This document shows, piece by piece, positions 24,043-35,400 of a DNA stretch of 64,000 bases. The translations under genes were made by a program, and so were the position numbers. Where the stretch lies: the NCBI GenBank assembly GCA_050084515.1, contig CM114271.1, forward strand, positions 37,758,001-37,822,000, in the 5' to 3' direction. This DNA comes from Blasia pusilla. Its lineage: Eukaryota. The notes below the pieces were generated by a model, which was not told the origin of the DNA, did not search any database, and saw only the letters and a program-made list of their open reading frames with translations. Within the stretch, counting starts at the first letter, position 1, and each line of letters begins with the position of its first letter.

Positions 24043-25626
24043 CTAGTCTATGATTTCCTCAGCCTTGTCATCTACAAATTTACTCCTAACTCTCCTCGGC
24101 TCCTGTACAAGAGGAATGTCTTGGGATACTAGTGGCTCATCTCGTCGATTGTAGATGGGGATTGAGAATGTAGGAGAAGTTGATGGCCTTGCCTCCCCCC
24201 CTAAGTACACCATATCGGTCCCATGTGTGATTTTAAGAGTCCCAAAGCCTTCCCCGTAAAAAAATCTTGTATGCTCCGCAAGGTGACATCCATCCACTAT
24301 CAATATGTACTTTGTCACTTGAAACCACCACATCCCTACTCCAAAACACTTGAATCAATTGAACCCGATAAATCCAGTGAACTCACTCATCATCTTCGGA
24401 GAGCTCCTCCAAAACGATTGCCGGCCTTGCCCTGCCGATTTTTGGAATGACAAGAAGGGAAGATGGCGTCACTACCAATGGGTCTACTGCTGGAGCAGTT
24501 GCCTTTGGAGGCGAGTTGTAGACTCCCACAAGCCTTTCGTAATCCACCTTTGCCTCCTTGCAAAGGTCGAAAAGTTTCGTTCTTCCTTCAATGGAGAGAA
24601 TGTTTCTGCCACTCTACCATGCACCTCTGATACTCGCCCCTGATAAACCAACCAAGTCCAAGACCAAATCACATGGCCTCGAGCATAGCTCAATGAGGGT
24701 CTGCATCAGGGCAGGTGACTTATCCCTTCCTCCAAGTAAAGGCGTGCCTTCAATCATAAAGAGTCCCTGGGGGGATTTGTAAAGGTTATCCAATGTGATC
24801 CAATCCAAGCATGGATCGACGGGATTGGATATCTGAAACACCTAAAACATGTGCTCTGGTCTCACAAAACAGTAGACATAGGAGTGCTCCATCTGTCCAC
24901 AAGGCAAGAGCAAAAAATGGTTAGCTTTAAGGTGGAACAAGCCTACACGTCGGAAACAGACCGCTTGCTCTACAACTTCCTAAACATCACCTGTGCAACC
25001 CGTCGGATCCCCATGGGTTGCTCATAAACAAAAAGAGATTTTGTCTAGCTCTACAACTTCGTCAATATGCCCTAGTGCAACCCGTCGAATCCCGAAGGGT
25101 TGCACTGGTTGGTTTTTTCCTTATCCAAGCATCTACTTTAGAAGCAACCCGTGAGAGCCCGACGGGTTGCTCATAAACAAAGTAAGATTTCTTGAAACTA
25201 TATACTTTCATCAAAATGCCCCCGTGCAACCCATTGGTCTCCGACGGGTTGCACTGGTTTCTTTTTTCCTTATCCAAATATCTAGTTGAGAAGCAACCCG
25301 TCGGTTCCGACGGGTTGCTCATCAGCAACGTCATAAGTCTATGAGCAACCCGTCGTGTTCTGATGGGTTTCTCATCATGGGGAAACGGTTGCACTAAATG
25401 TCTCTACACGATTCCTACAATCCGTCGGGATCTGACGGGTTGCATATGTAAACCTACGGTCTAGAACATAGAAAAAAAATGGAATAAAGTAATTTTGAAC
25501 ATACCCGGATTTGATTTGTAGAAGATATGTGTGGGTCTTCATTTTTAACCACCCACGAGTGTACCCTCCTCCACTTTAGCAACCTCTTCACGCAGTGAAG
25601 GTTGAAGACCTCGTCTTTGCTCCCTC
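24043..25626 (-). pseudogene. Decayed spliced gene fragment resembling the C-terminal half of an N4-C/N6-A DNA methyltransferase (copy 1; exons about 25626-25505 and 24892-24043)
   Basis: Donor CGG|GTATGT, branch point GCTAAC and acceptor CAG give a phase-0 join. Translation includes GTPLLGGRDKSPALMQTLIELCSRPCDLVLDLVGLSGASIRGAW*SGRNILSIEGRTKLFDLCKE, which parallels the K..L...LI...S..GD.VLD.F.GSG.T..A...GR..IG.E SAM-binding region. The catalytic D/S-PP-Y motif is not present in the window. Confidence 0.55.
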
Positions 25627-25659
25627 TGGTCTCGTGTCCTGGCCGACCGAAATCATCAT

Positions 25660-27760
25660 TATCTATTACAATAATCTATCTTATTATTACTCTAGCACAG
25701 CTTACGGAGAGTGTTTCCTTGATTGGGTTAGGAAAGGTTTCACAACCCAAGTGAAACAAGAAAAATTTGTGTGTCCTTTCCTTCACGGGTTATACCCTTT
25801 TCCTTTTGCGGGTTCTTAAATTTTTCTTTATTTCCCGTGTATCTTACTAATGAATTTGGTTTCGTTTCTTCATAAGCACAAATCGGGTTCACGATGTCAG
25901 ACAAAAGGCAGGACATTAAGACACATCTCTCTAAAGTCCTGTCTCTAGACCGTAAGGCAAAAACATGGTTCAGTAGTATTTTTCGCGGTAATGGAGCCGG
26001 TAGTGTTGGGAAATATTTTTTATTTTCCATAATTTTCCAATTTTTTTACACAAAGAGGAAGAATTTTCCGACCTCTTTTGGATTTCATTCTACTAAGTTA
26101 TCCTCGGAGGAATTCAACTTTAAATCACACACATTTATTAATAAATTGATAATTAATGAATATTTATTTATTATAATAATTTCATATTTCTCTAATAACC
26201 ACATTACAATCAAATCTGGTTTTCTAAAAAAGAAATTTATCTCAATTGTATAAAGTAAAGATTGATATAAAGTACAAATGATAATTACAAAAAATATTAT
26301 TTCTATCATAACACCCTCGTAGAAATAGAAAATTATAGGCCTAATACTATATGTAAAGAGATTCAGAATTTTTTTCTAATAATTTGTATAAATATCTCTA
26401 GGTAACTAGTTTATCCTAGAATGGGTGATTAATCACACAAAACAATGAGAAAGTTTTGGAAAATAGTAAAATATTTACAATTTTGTCCCTTAATTCATAC
26501 TTCATGGGAAGGGAAAATGAATGTTGGTGGAGAAGGAATACATATTGTTTCAATTTAATTGGAGGATGGAATTTTGGGAGAAGGAATACATTTTATTTAG
26601 ATTTTAATGGAGAAATGGAATGTAATAATTTTTCTTCAAATTCTACTTTAATTTTGAAAATGAGAAATATGATAACTTAAATTTTTTTTTCCTACTTGAT
26701 ATTTCAAAATAAAATAACTTCAATTAAAGAGGGAATGATTTCATTAATCATAGTTAACCAATAATTTAGATAGCATATATATATTTTATAATTAGCGATC
26801 CCATATGCTTAATTAGACAAGAGAGTGAATTGTAACACAAACTAGGCAAACTCTTTCAATTTTGTTGATTAACCATATTAAATGGATAGAAATAGATAAT
26901 GGCAAAGAAATGAATAGGGATTTGAGAGGAATATATCTTAATCAATTATTAATTAATTTAATATTATAATGGATGATTATAAAAATAAATAACATGGAAT
27001 AATTATAAATAACCAGAAATTTAGAATTTTACCTCAATTTGATGAAAAGAAACTAAATTTTCATGGAGAAGGGGATTTCGTTGAATTTTAGAGAAGGATG
27101 ATTACTTAGGGGATTGGGATATTGTCTAAATTTGAATGGAGGATTGTAATTACCAAGAAGAGTGAAATATTATCGTTCTTATAAGATTTGAGAAGATAAA
27201 ATTTATTTTAAAAATTCTAAATTAATAACATGATCATTTAAAAAAATAATCATATTAATTCATCCGTTATATTTTTGGAAAAGAAAATTAATTAAAAATG
27301 ATTCAATTAATTTAAATTAAAAAAAATTGATTACTAAATGTGTTTTTTTTGAAGATGAAAAATAGTTATTGTTTTGAGCTTGTATGGAAGAGTGATATTA
27401 TTTAAGGGAGATGGTTATTATTGAAAGATGAAAATTTTCTTACTCTTTTAAGATTTTAAAAAATAGAATATTTAAATTTTAAAATTATATCCAATTTCAA
27501 AATTTGAACATAGTCAAAAACTCTTATTGAAAATTATTTTAAGGTCCTACTGCCAAGCGAAAATTGGACAACAAGAAAATAAAATTGAGAACAAGAAAAT
27601 TTTTGTCCAATTGAGAAAAATTGAACTTGAATTTTCTGGAATATATATATTTTTCTTGGATCACGGGGTCTTACTAGTTATTTAGATGGGAAGAAAAAGT
27701 ATTATTCACACTTTTGTAGAAAATTGAACTTATCTAAAATATTTTTAAAAACTCAGTTCC
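25660..27760 (+). repeat. AT-rich Helitron-like non-autonomous repeat (diverged relative of 9245-10580)
   Basis: Collinear with 9245-10580 at its start. Possible 3' terminus CACGGGGTCTTACTAG|T near 27663-27679. Confidence 0.5.
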
Positions 27761-28737
27761 GTAAAGTAAAACGTTGTGGACCATAATCGCGACACCGTCT
27801 ATCCCAGAAGACGGTGTCGCGATTGAAGTAGAGTTTGGAGCTCGAGACACATATATATCATCCAACGCTGCCAGGTCAAAACTGATCACCTTCGAGAATA
27901 ACTAACGGAGCTTCGCAAAAAAACCAGAGCACAAGACTAAAAGCTGTTTGGGCATCTGATGACCGAGTCAATCCTCTCAACGGTACACCCGATTTCACTC
28001 GGTTATACTAGCTAGCTCCGGTTACCACAGCACTCAATCTCACGGACTCTCATTCTTCATCTGTAACCGGATCGATCCATGACGGAGCTTCGCAAAAAAA
28101 ACAGAGCACTAGACTAAAAACTGTGTGGGCATCTGATGAATCAATCATCTGACTAGGTTATACTGCTAGCTCCGGTTAAGCACTCAATTCACGGACTCTC
28201 ATTCTTCATCTGTAACCGGACTCCTTTCGATAATTGATGTCTGATGTTGATAAATTTAAATGACGACTTAAGTATTCGGTAGCCAGGGAAACTCGAAAGC
28301 ATCAAGCACTGTAAACGTACTCTTTCAAATCTTCATGCATAGAAGGGATCAGAACACATGAGCCCTTCAAAATCGTACATCCTGCCGTTCCGAAAAGACA
28401 GCGCAAGGGCATGGCAGATTAGAGCTCGCGCCAGAACTGAGAAAGTGTGTGCTGGGAACAAATCAGAAAATGGATAGTGGCGTGCACCTCCGTGCAGGCT
28501 AACTAAACCCGGTTGAATCAAGCAGCACCTTACCACTAGCACGTATAAAAATGGAAGGCTCCGATCCAGCTCGACACTGTTATTCTGTTACTACACTTAC
28601 AACGTCACACCGATAATTGATGCTGGTGGTGACGATCAATCATAAGGAGGGCCTTGAGCTCGATCTTCAGTGAAACAAGCAAGCAGAATTGATTGGTATT
28701 CGATGGGGATTAATACTGTGCATATCGTTGACTTCAT

Positions 28738-29661
28738 CTAGGCGCTGTCCTTGATATATCCTTCGACTGCCTTGAACAAATTTGTGACTGCTCCCTTCGC
28801 TTGTTCGACGACGCCAGGAATGGCGTTTTCTGAGCCGCCCTCGTACTCGGTGGTGACGTGCACCTTGCACTTGTCATCGCCGACCGCGATGATGGTCATA
28901 CTGGTAACCCACTTGGTGAAGCCCACGCCCTCACTGAGATGTCCTCCCTCGATCTCTTGGGTGGTGATTTTAGCATCACCTTCGAGGTCCAGGCCGATGA
29001 GCTTCTCCTTGACGAACGCGCCGGCGGGCGCCACTGGAAAATGTAAACGGAGTTGGTGTGAGAGACCATCATGAATTTCAGGTGGCCATGGCTACTTGTA
29101 CTAAGTCGATCACGGATACATCCTACATTTGAACGTTGAGTTTTGAAATTGACTGACTCCTTCTATCGACCTGAATGAGTTTAACCGCATGCGTCAAACT
29201 GGAGCTAAGCGCAGGGGTCGATACATTCATTGTTTCCGGTGATATTCACACCAGGAAGGCCAGTAGGAAAGCGCGCCGAATCTTATTATAGCTAGATTTA
29301 ACTAGAACTGTACATCTGGAATCGGTTCCATCGATCTCTTCGAATTCATCGATACGTTCAAGCCAAAGTTGAAGTACGAGCTGCGAAATGGGACCGGTAA
29401 AACCGAGCGTACTCACATGCCTTCGGTAATCAAATGCAACAATGTAGAGCCAACAAACATCTCACTGGGATACAGCATGTGTGAGCTTACCGAAGTTGAT
29501 GATTCGCACCGAGCCTACGTGTCCTTCCACACCCTCGATTTCCTCCATGGTGCTAATGACCTCTGGTAAGAGCTTGGGAACAGCGTGTTTTGCTCCTTCA
29601 AAGCTCCCCACAGGGCGCTCACAGGCACGGCCAACTCGACAGCAGACTCGAAGGAACCCAT
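28738..29661 (-). pseudogene. Bet v 1/PR-10-family gene A copy 2 (exon 1 29661-29491, exon 2 29033-28738), 1-bp deletion at about 29577
   Basis: Exon 1 is 171 nt versus 172 nt (AGCTTGGGAAC vs AGCTTGGGGAAC). Splice sites and exon 2 are intact. Could be a homopolymer error. Confidence 0.75.
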
Positions 29662-30721
29662 TTCCGGTCCAGTACTGAATCTCGGTACTGATGCGATAGA
29701 CTCTGGAGACGAAACTCTCGAGATGAAGATGTAGGTACGGGATGCAAGAGCAAATCGAGTGATGGCGAAATTGTGAGAGAGTACTGGTTAGCGATGAAGC
29801 TTGCGAACTGAGATCGCGCGCGCTCCTTATATACTGAACAGAGCAATGTGAGGCTGCTCTGTAGTTGCTGCCATCCGCCCGTACTCGGGTGCTGAATCAT
29901 GCCTCCCAGTGGAGGCCGGGATGGTCGAGAAAGGATTCCCCACCTCCACGGCCTCCACGGTCAAATGACGACGAAGTCCAAAGTTGCTGTTCTAAAGGTC
30001 GTCCCGCTCTGACCCGTCCGACGTAGCAAGCGTCTTCTCGAACTTCCATTATGGGCGCGGCTCGGATAAATTGGTCACTAGAATAGGCGTTTTCACCGGC
30101 CGAAAGACAAGTGAACATTACGCTTTTACGCCTGTTCCATCCGCTTTTAGCCTCTGTTGACTCGTTTGAGGACAGAGAAAGGACGACCTCACCGGCGTTT
30201 AGCATGCAGCCCGCGGTAGGATACGTTAAATTCGTATAGAATCGCGTTGAGACGGTCGGTCAGTGGAAACTCGTTAGTGTAAATATTGATAATGGACTGC
30301 CTTCGAGGGTTGTTCGTGCGTGAGTCATGAAGCGGATCACGGGAGTCAGATTAAAGCTAATGCAAGTTACAGCGAAGACCTTTCTAGGGACAAGGGGCAT
30401 GCTAACTCGGACCGATGCGACACGCTGCCCCGTTGCAAGTCCTCAAGAGCACATGCCTAGCAAGACGTCGTCGGCAGGCCTGGGAAGCATTTCTGGTCGT
30501 TTGATCTAGACCAATGCATGCATGGCCTTTTTCCCGTGCTAGGCACCAGCTGAGGAGCGTCCTCTGTTCAGTATATAAGAGCCTCGCGCACTCTCAGTTC
30601 GCAGGCCTTCATCGCTAACCAGTAAAGTCTCGCAATCAATCGATCTGCTCTTGCATCCAACTTTAGATCTCCGTCTAGATCATTTAGTCCATTCCATCAG
30701 GGTCGAGATTCAGCACCGGAA

Positions 30722-31494
30722 ATGGGTTCCTTCGAGTCTGCTGTGGAGTTGGCCGTGCCTGTGAGCGCCCTGTGGGCGGCTTTGAAGGAGCAAAACACGC
30801 TGTTCCCCAAGCTCTTACCAGAGGTCATTAGCAGCGTTGAGGAAATCGAGGGTGTGGAAGGACACGTCGGCTCCGTCCGACTCATCAAGTTTGGTAAGAT
30901 CACGAAAGAACATGTCAGGCTCAAGAAGTTTATGCACACAGTGTTGATGAGTAAATCACGGTCCGTTTTATTGATCCCATTTAGCAGTCTATATATAAAG
31001 AGGGGGTTTAAATTACTGTCTTGATCGATGGGGTTGGTGGATAGCCTGTTCAGTCAATTGCAAGACTTTTGGATAACGTTCTCGGATGAATGCGTGATCG
31101 ATGTTACAATTAATGGCGATGAACGCTTAGTATCAATAGGCATGGCCACCTAAAATTGAATGATCGGTTCTCACACCAACACCGTCCACACTTTCCAGTG
31201 GCTCCCGCGGGCGCGTTCGTCAAGGAGAAGCTCATCGGCCTGGACCTCGAAGGTGATTCTAAAATCACCACTCAAGAGATCGAGGGAGGACATCTCAGCG
31301 AGGGCGTAGGCTTCACCAAGTGGGTTACCATCATGACCATCAGCGCCGTCGGCGATGACAAGTGCAAGGTGCACGTCACCACCGAGTACGAGGGCGGCTC
31401 AGAAAACGCCATTCCTGGCGTCGTCGAACAAGCGCAGGGAGCAGTCACACATTTGTTCAAAGCAATCGAAGATTATATCAAGAACAAGGCGTAG
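30722..31494 (+). CDS. Bet v 1/PR-10-family protein, gene B copy 2 (exon 1 30722-30893, exon 2 31199-31494, 155 aa), intact
   Basis: 172 + 296 nt exons, G|GTAAG...TTTCCAG intron, ends LFKAIEDYIKNKA*. TATATAA upstream at about 30573. Confidence 0.9.
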
Positions 31495-32402
31495 ATGAAT
31501 TCAGCGTTGTGCGAGTATTGAACCCAGGAATCAGAATTTACTCCCCGTTGCATGTTTCCTGCCGATCGAGCTAGAGCCCTTCAATTGTTTTTCGAAATTT
31601 CGTCATCAATTAGCATTGTAGGTAATTGTAAGTCAGAAACAGAATAACACCCTTGAACTCGACGCTTCCGTGTGTGTCCTAGTGCTAGCCGGCCCTGGTT
31701 CAACCAGGTTTAGTCGAGTTAGATCTAAAATCCTGGGGGTGCCATTCGGTGATGAGTTCCTGGCACAGAGTTTTTATTCCCAATTAGCTTCGGTAAGAGC
31801 TCTGATTTCTCTCAAGCCTGATGGCGTCACGGCACCGCAGGATGCACGATTTTGGAAAGTGTAGGAGTTCTGATCCCTTCTATGAATGAAAATTTGGAAG
31901 ACTTTACGGGACGCTCAGTCTATTGTGTACGCACAGCGGATAGCTATTAGCAAGAGTCTCTTGAAACGCACACATGTAAGAAACTTGCTGAACTCTCGCA
32001 ACCTGGAAAATGTCATTAATGAACGAACAGATCCAATTTGAAGGCAAGCAGAACTATCAATCAATCATTGAACAGTTCGGCGTTGAAAGCATCTCCCGCT
32101 TTCAGCGGCGAGCTGAATATTGCAAATGATATAGATGCAGAAGGTAGTTAGAATACGCGAAGAAGTTTTTGAAATGTCCTCCGAAGCTGTATCACTTTTT
32201 ATAGTCACGAGTGTAAATGAAATTAATTATGAAGAAATGTGGATTGCTAAGTCGAACCATCAGAGTTTAGGACTAGAAGCTCGCTAAATTAAGGCTGAGA
32301 GTATTTTTCTATCTCAAAGACGGTCTACTTATTGAAGTAAAATTGAGAGCTCAAGAGACTGATCTAATGTGCGAAGGATGATGCATCTAACCATGGAAGG
32401 AG

Positions 32403-35400
32403 TAAAGTTTATTTCAGCAATTCTACTGAGCGGAATTGGTTGGTCAGCCATGTGAAGAGTTTTATACATGAGCTAAGTGCTCATGCTGTTTGATTGGAGT
32501 CTAACTCGTCTATGCAGTGTTTACGTTGAAGCCTCTTTGTTTACTGTGCAGTGCGGCTTATTGCCGTTTACACATTCCAACATCCTCCCTAAACGGAACA
32601 TATGTTTTTACACAGAATCTAAAACACCAAGAAGTGATTTAAATCTTTCAAACTTAGCAGTAGGAAGGCCTTTGGTGAAGATGTCAACAACCTGTTCGTC
32701 TCTCGGACACCACACAACATTGATGTCCCCACTTAGTACCTTTTCTCGAACAAAGTGATGCTGCACTTCGATATGTTTGGTTTGTGAATGGAAGAGTGGA
32801 TTTATGGACAAATAAATAGAACTAATGTTATCTCCCAAGATTACAGTAGGATCAGATTGGATAAATCGAAGTTCAGCCAATAGTCCTCTAAGCCATATGG
32901 CTTCCGTTGTGGCATTTGTCAATCCACGGTATTCTGCCTCTGTGGAAGATAGAGAAATTGAGGCTTGTTTCTTTGATGAGAAGCTCACAGCCGCACTTCC
33001 AAAGGAGAAGAAATATCCTGAAGTTGATTTGCGAGTTATTGGACAACCTGCATAATCAGCATCTGAGAATCCCAAGATTATCGGAGCTTGTTGGATTCCT
33101 CTATCGTAGGCAAGCCCAAATGTGTTTGTACCCTTTAGATACCTTGCCACCCTCTGATCCACCTTCGGGGATCAGCCATATGTTGGTTGATTTGGCTTAT
33201 TGCATATGCAATATCTGGTCGGAGTTGGTGATATAGATAAGTGACCCCACCATTTTTTGGTACTCTTTCAAGTCCACCTTCTCCTCTTGATCATTAGAAG
33301 TAAGTCTCTCTGTACTCGTCGGAGTGGGCGTTGATTTGCAGTCCTCTAGGCCAAAAGTTTGAAGCAAGATAGCTATATGCCTTTCTTGAGTCAAGAAGGT
33401 CATTTTCGGCCCTCGCTTTACTTCAAGTCCTAGGTAGAAGTGTAAACTCCCAAGATCTTTCCTTTTGAATGAAGAGGAGAGTCCTTCTTTAAGATCACGT
33501 ATCCCTTGTACATCATCTCCAGTAATGATCAAGTCATCCACATATAAGATCACAATGACAATCCCGTAAGTAGAGATCTTGAGATAAAGGTTCGGGTCGT
33601 GTTTACTCTTTGCAAATCCAAGTTTGTTTAACATAGTCGAGTCATAGGTTTGATTCCAGATTCGATTTGCTTGCATCACGCCATAAAGAGCTTTCTGCAT
33701 CTTGCAAACAAGGTCTTCAGTTCGAGGAGCAGTAAAGCCTTGAGGTTGTTGTAGATATACCTCTTCTTCCAAAGTGCCATTTAAGAAGGCATTTTGAACA
33801 TCCATCTGCAATAGGGGCCAATCAAACATGACTGCAAGAGATATGATCACTCGAATCGTGGTCATTTTTGCAACTGATGCATATGTCTCATCATAATCAA
33901 TGCCTTGGCATTGTCGAAAGCCTTTTGCTACTAGCCTTGCCTTGTACCTAGACAACGATCCATCAGCGTTATACTTACACTTATAAACCCACTTTGTAGG
34001 GATAGCAGTCCTCCCTGATGGGAGACGGACCAGGTCCCATGTTCAGTTGGCAACTATGGCATTGTACTCCTCGATCATTGCATGTTGCCAATGTGGATTA
34101 GTGCATGCTTCTTGGAATGATTGAGGCTCAATGGGAGCTTGCTGAAATGGTGTATGACTTAGAAAGAAAGCCATATGTAAAATGTAATCCTCTCGTAAGT
34201 TGGAAGGAAGTTGGCGTAGTCGACTTGACCTTCGTGGAGGTGGTAGCGCAAGTGTGGACTCCATATCGTCCAATCCTTGACCTCTTTCACCAAGTGTTGG
34301 TGGTGGATCAACATAAGTTGTGGGCCCTGAGGATGGTGTATCCTTGTCAGATTCATTTTCTGACTCCTCGTTCGTGGAGGTTTGAGGCCACTCTCGGTCG
34401 TTTGATTGATGCTCTTCGGAGTGGGGAGTGTCTTCATCAAATATGACGTCACGGCTCATAAACACCTTGTGGTGCTCCAAGGAGAAGAGCTTGTAAGCTT
34501 TCTCTCTAGTGCCATAGCCAATAAATATACATCTCACATTTTTCTCATCAAGTTTTCTCCTCAATTCTTTTGGTATATGTGCATAAGCTCCACACCTAAA
34601 GATTCGAAGGTGTGAGACATTTGGTTTGATGCCAGTGAAGACTTCTTCAGGCGTTTTCTCCTCCAAAGCCCTTGTTGGGCACTTGTTGAGGATGTAGATG
34701 GCCGTGTTTATGGCCTCTGCCCAGAGATAGTTGGGGAGATTTCGCCCCTTCAACATGCATCTTGCCATCTCAACTACCGTTTCATTCCTCCTCTCAACAA
34801 TACCATTTTGTTATGGGGTGTAGGCCGTAGTAAGTTGATGACCGATGCCATGATCGCAACAAAAGGTCTCAAATGCTTTCCCCATGAATTCACCTCCCCT
34901 ATCCGTTCGTATCACCCTCACCTTTGAGGGCGGCTCGCCAAGGTGTAGATGCAAGGATCCCACTGTTGTAGTAGATTGAGTTCTCATCAATGTAAGAAAT
35001 TTCTTGAGTATACCTAATGCATTGGATTTGTGTTGTAGGAAATAAACCCACATAGATCTTGAATGGTCATCAACTAATAGGATGTAGTACCTTGTCCCTG
35101 ATAGTGAAGCCGTTTGAATTGGTCCTCCAAGGTCGATGTGGACTAGGTGGAGGGGAGTTGGAGCCCTTGAGAGGGTATGTTTGTCAAAATTTTGCCTCGA
35201 TTGCTTGCCTCGTAAGCAAGTGTCACAAGTGGATATTTCTCCACTTAATTTAGGTAACCCTCCAACCATATTGTCTTTGCTTAACAACTTGAGGCCCTTC
35301 ATGTTAAAGTGCCCAAGTCTTTCATGCCAAACTTGTAGTTGGTTTGAAGATCTTGCAAATAGTTGAGGGCTCGGCTTGCTAAGAAGTTTATATAGTCGTC

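Larger units (their letters stand above)
19530..25626. repeat. Segmental duplicate of about 52342-58440
   Basis: Continuous collinear similarity across about 6.1 kb: ParB-like gene exon, copia end, unclassified repeats and MTase-like exons. Confidence 0.9.
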
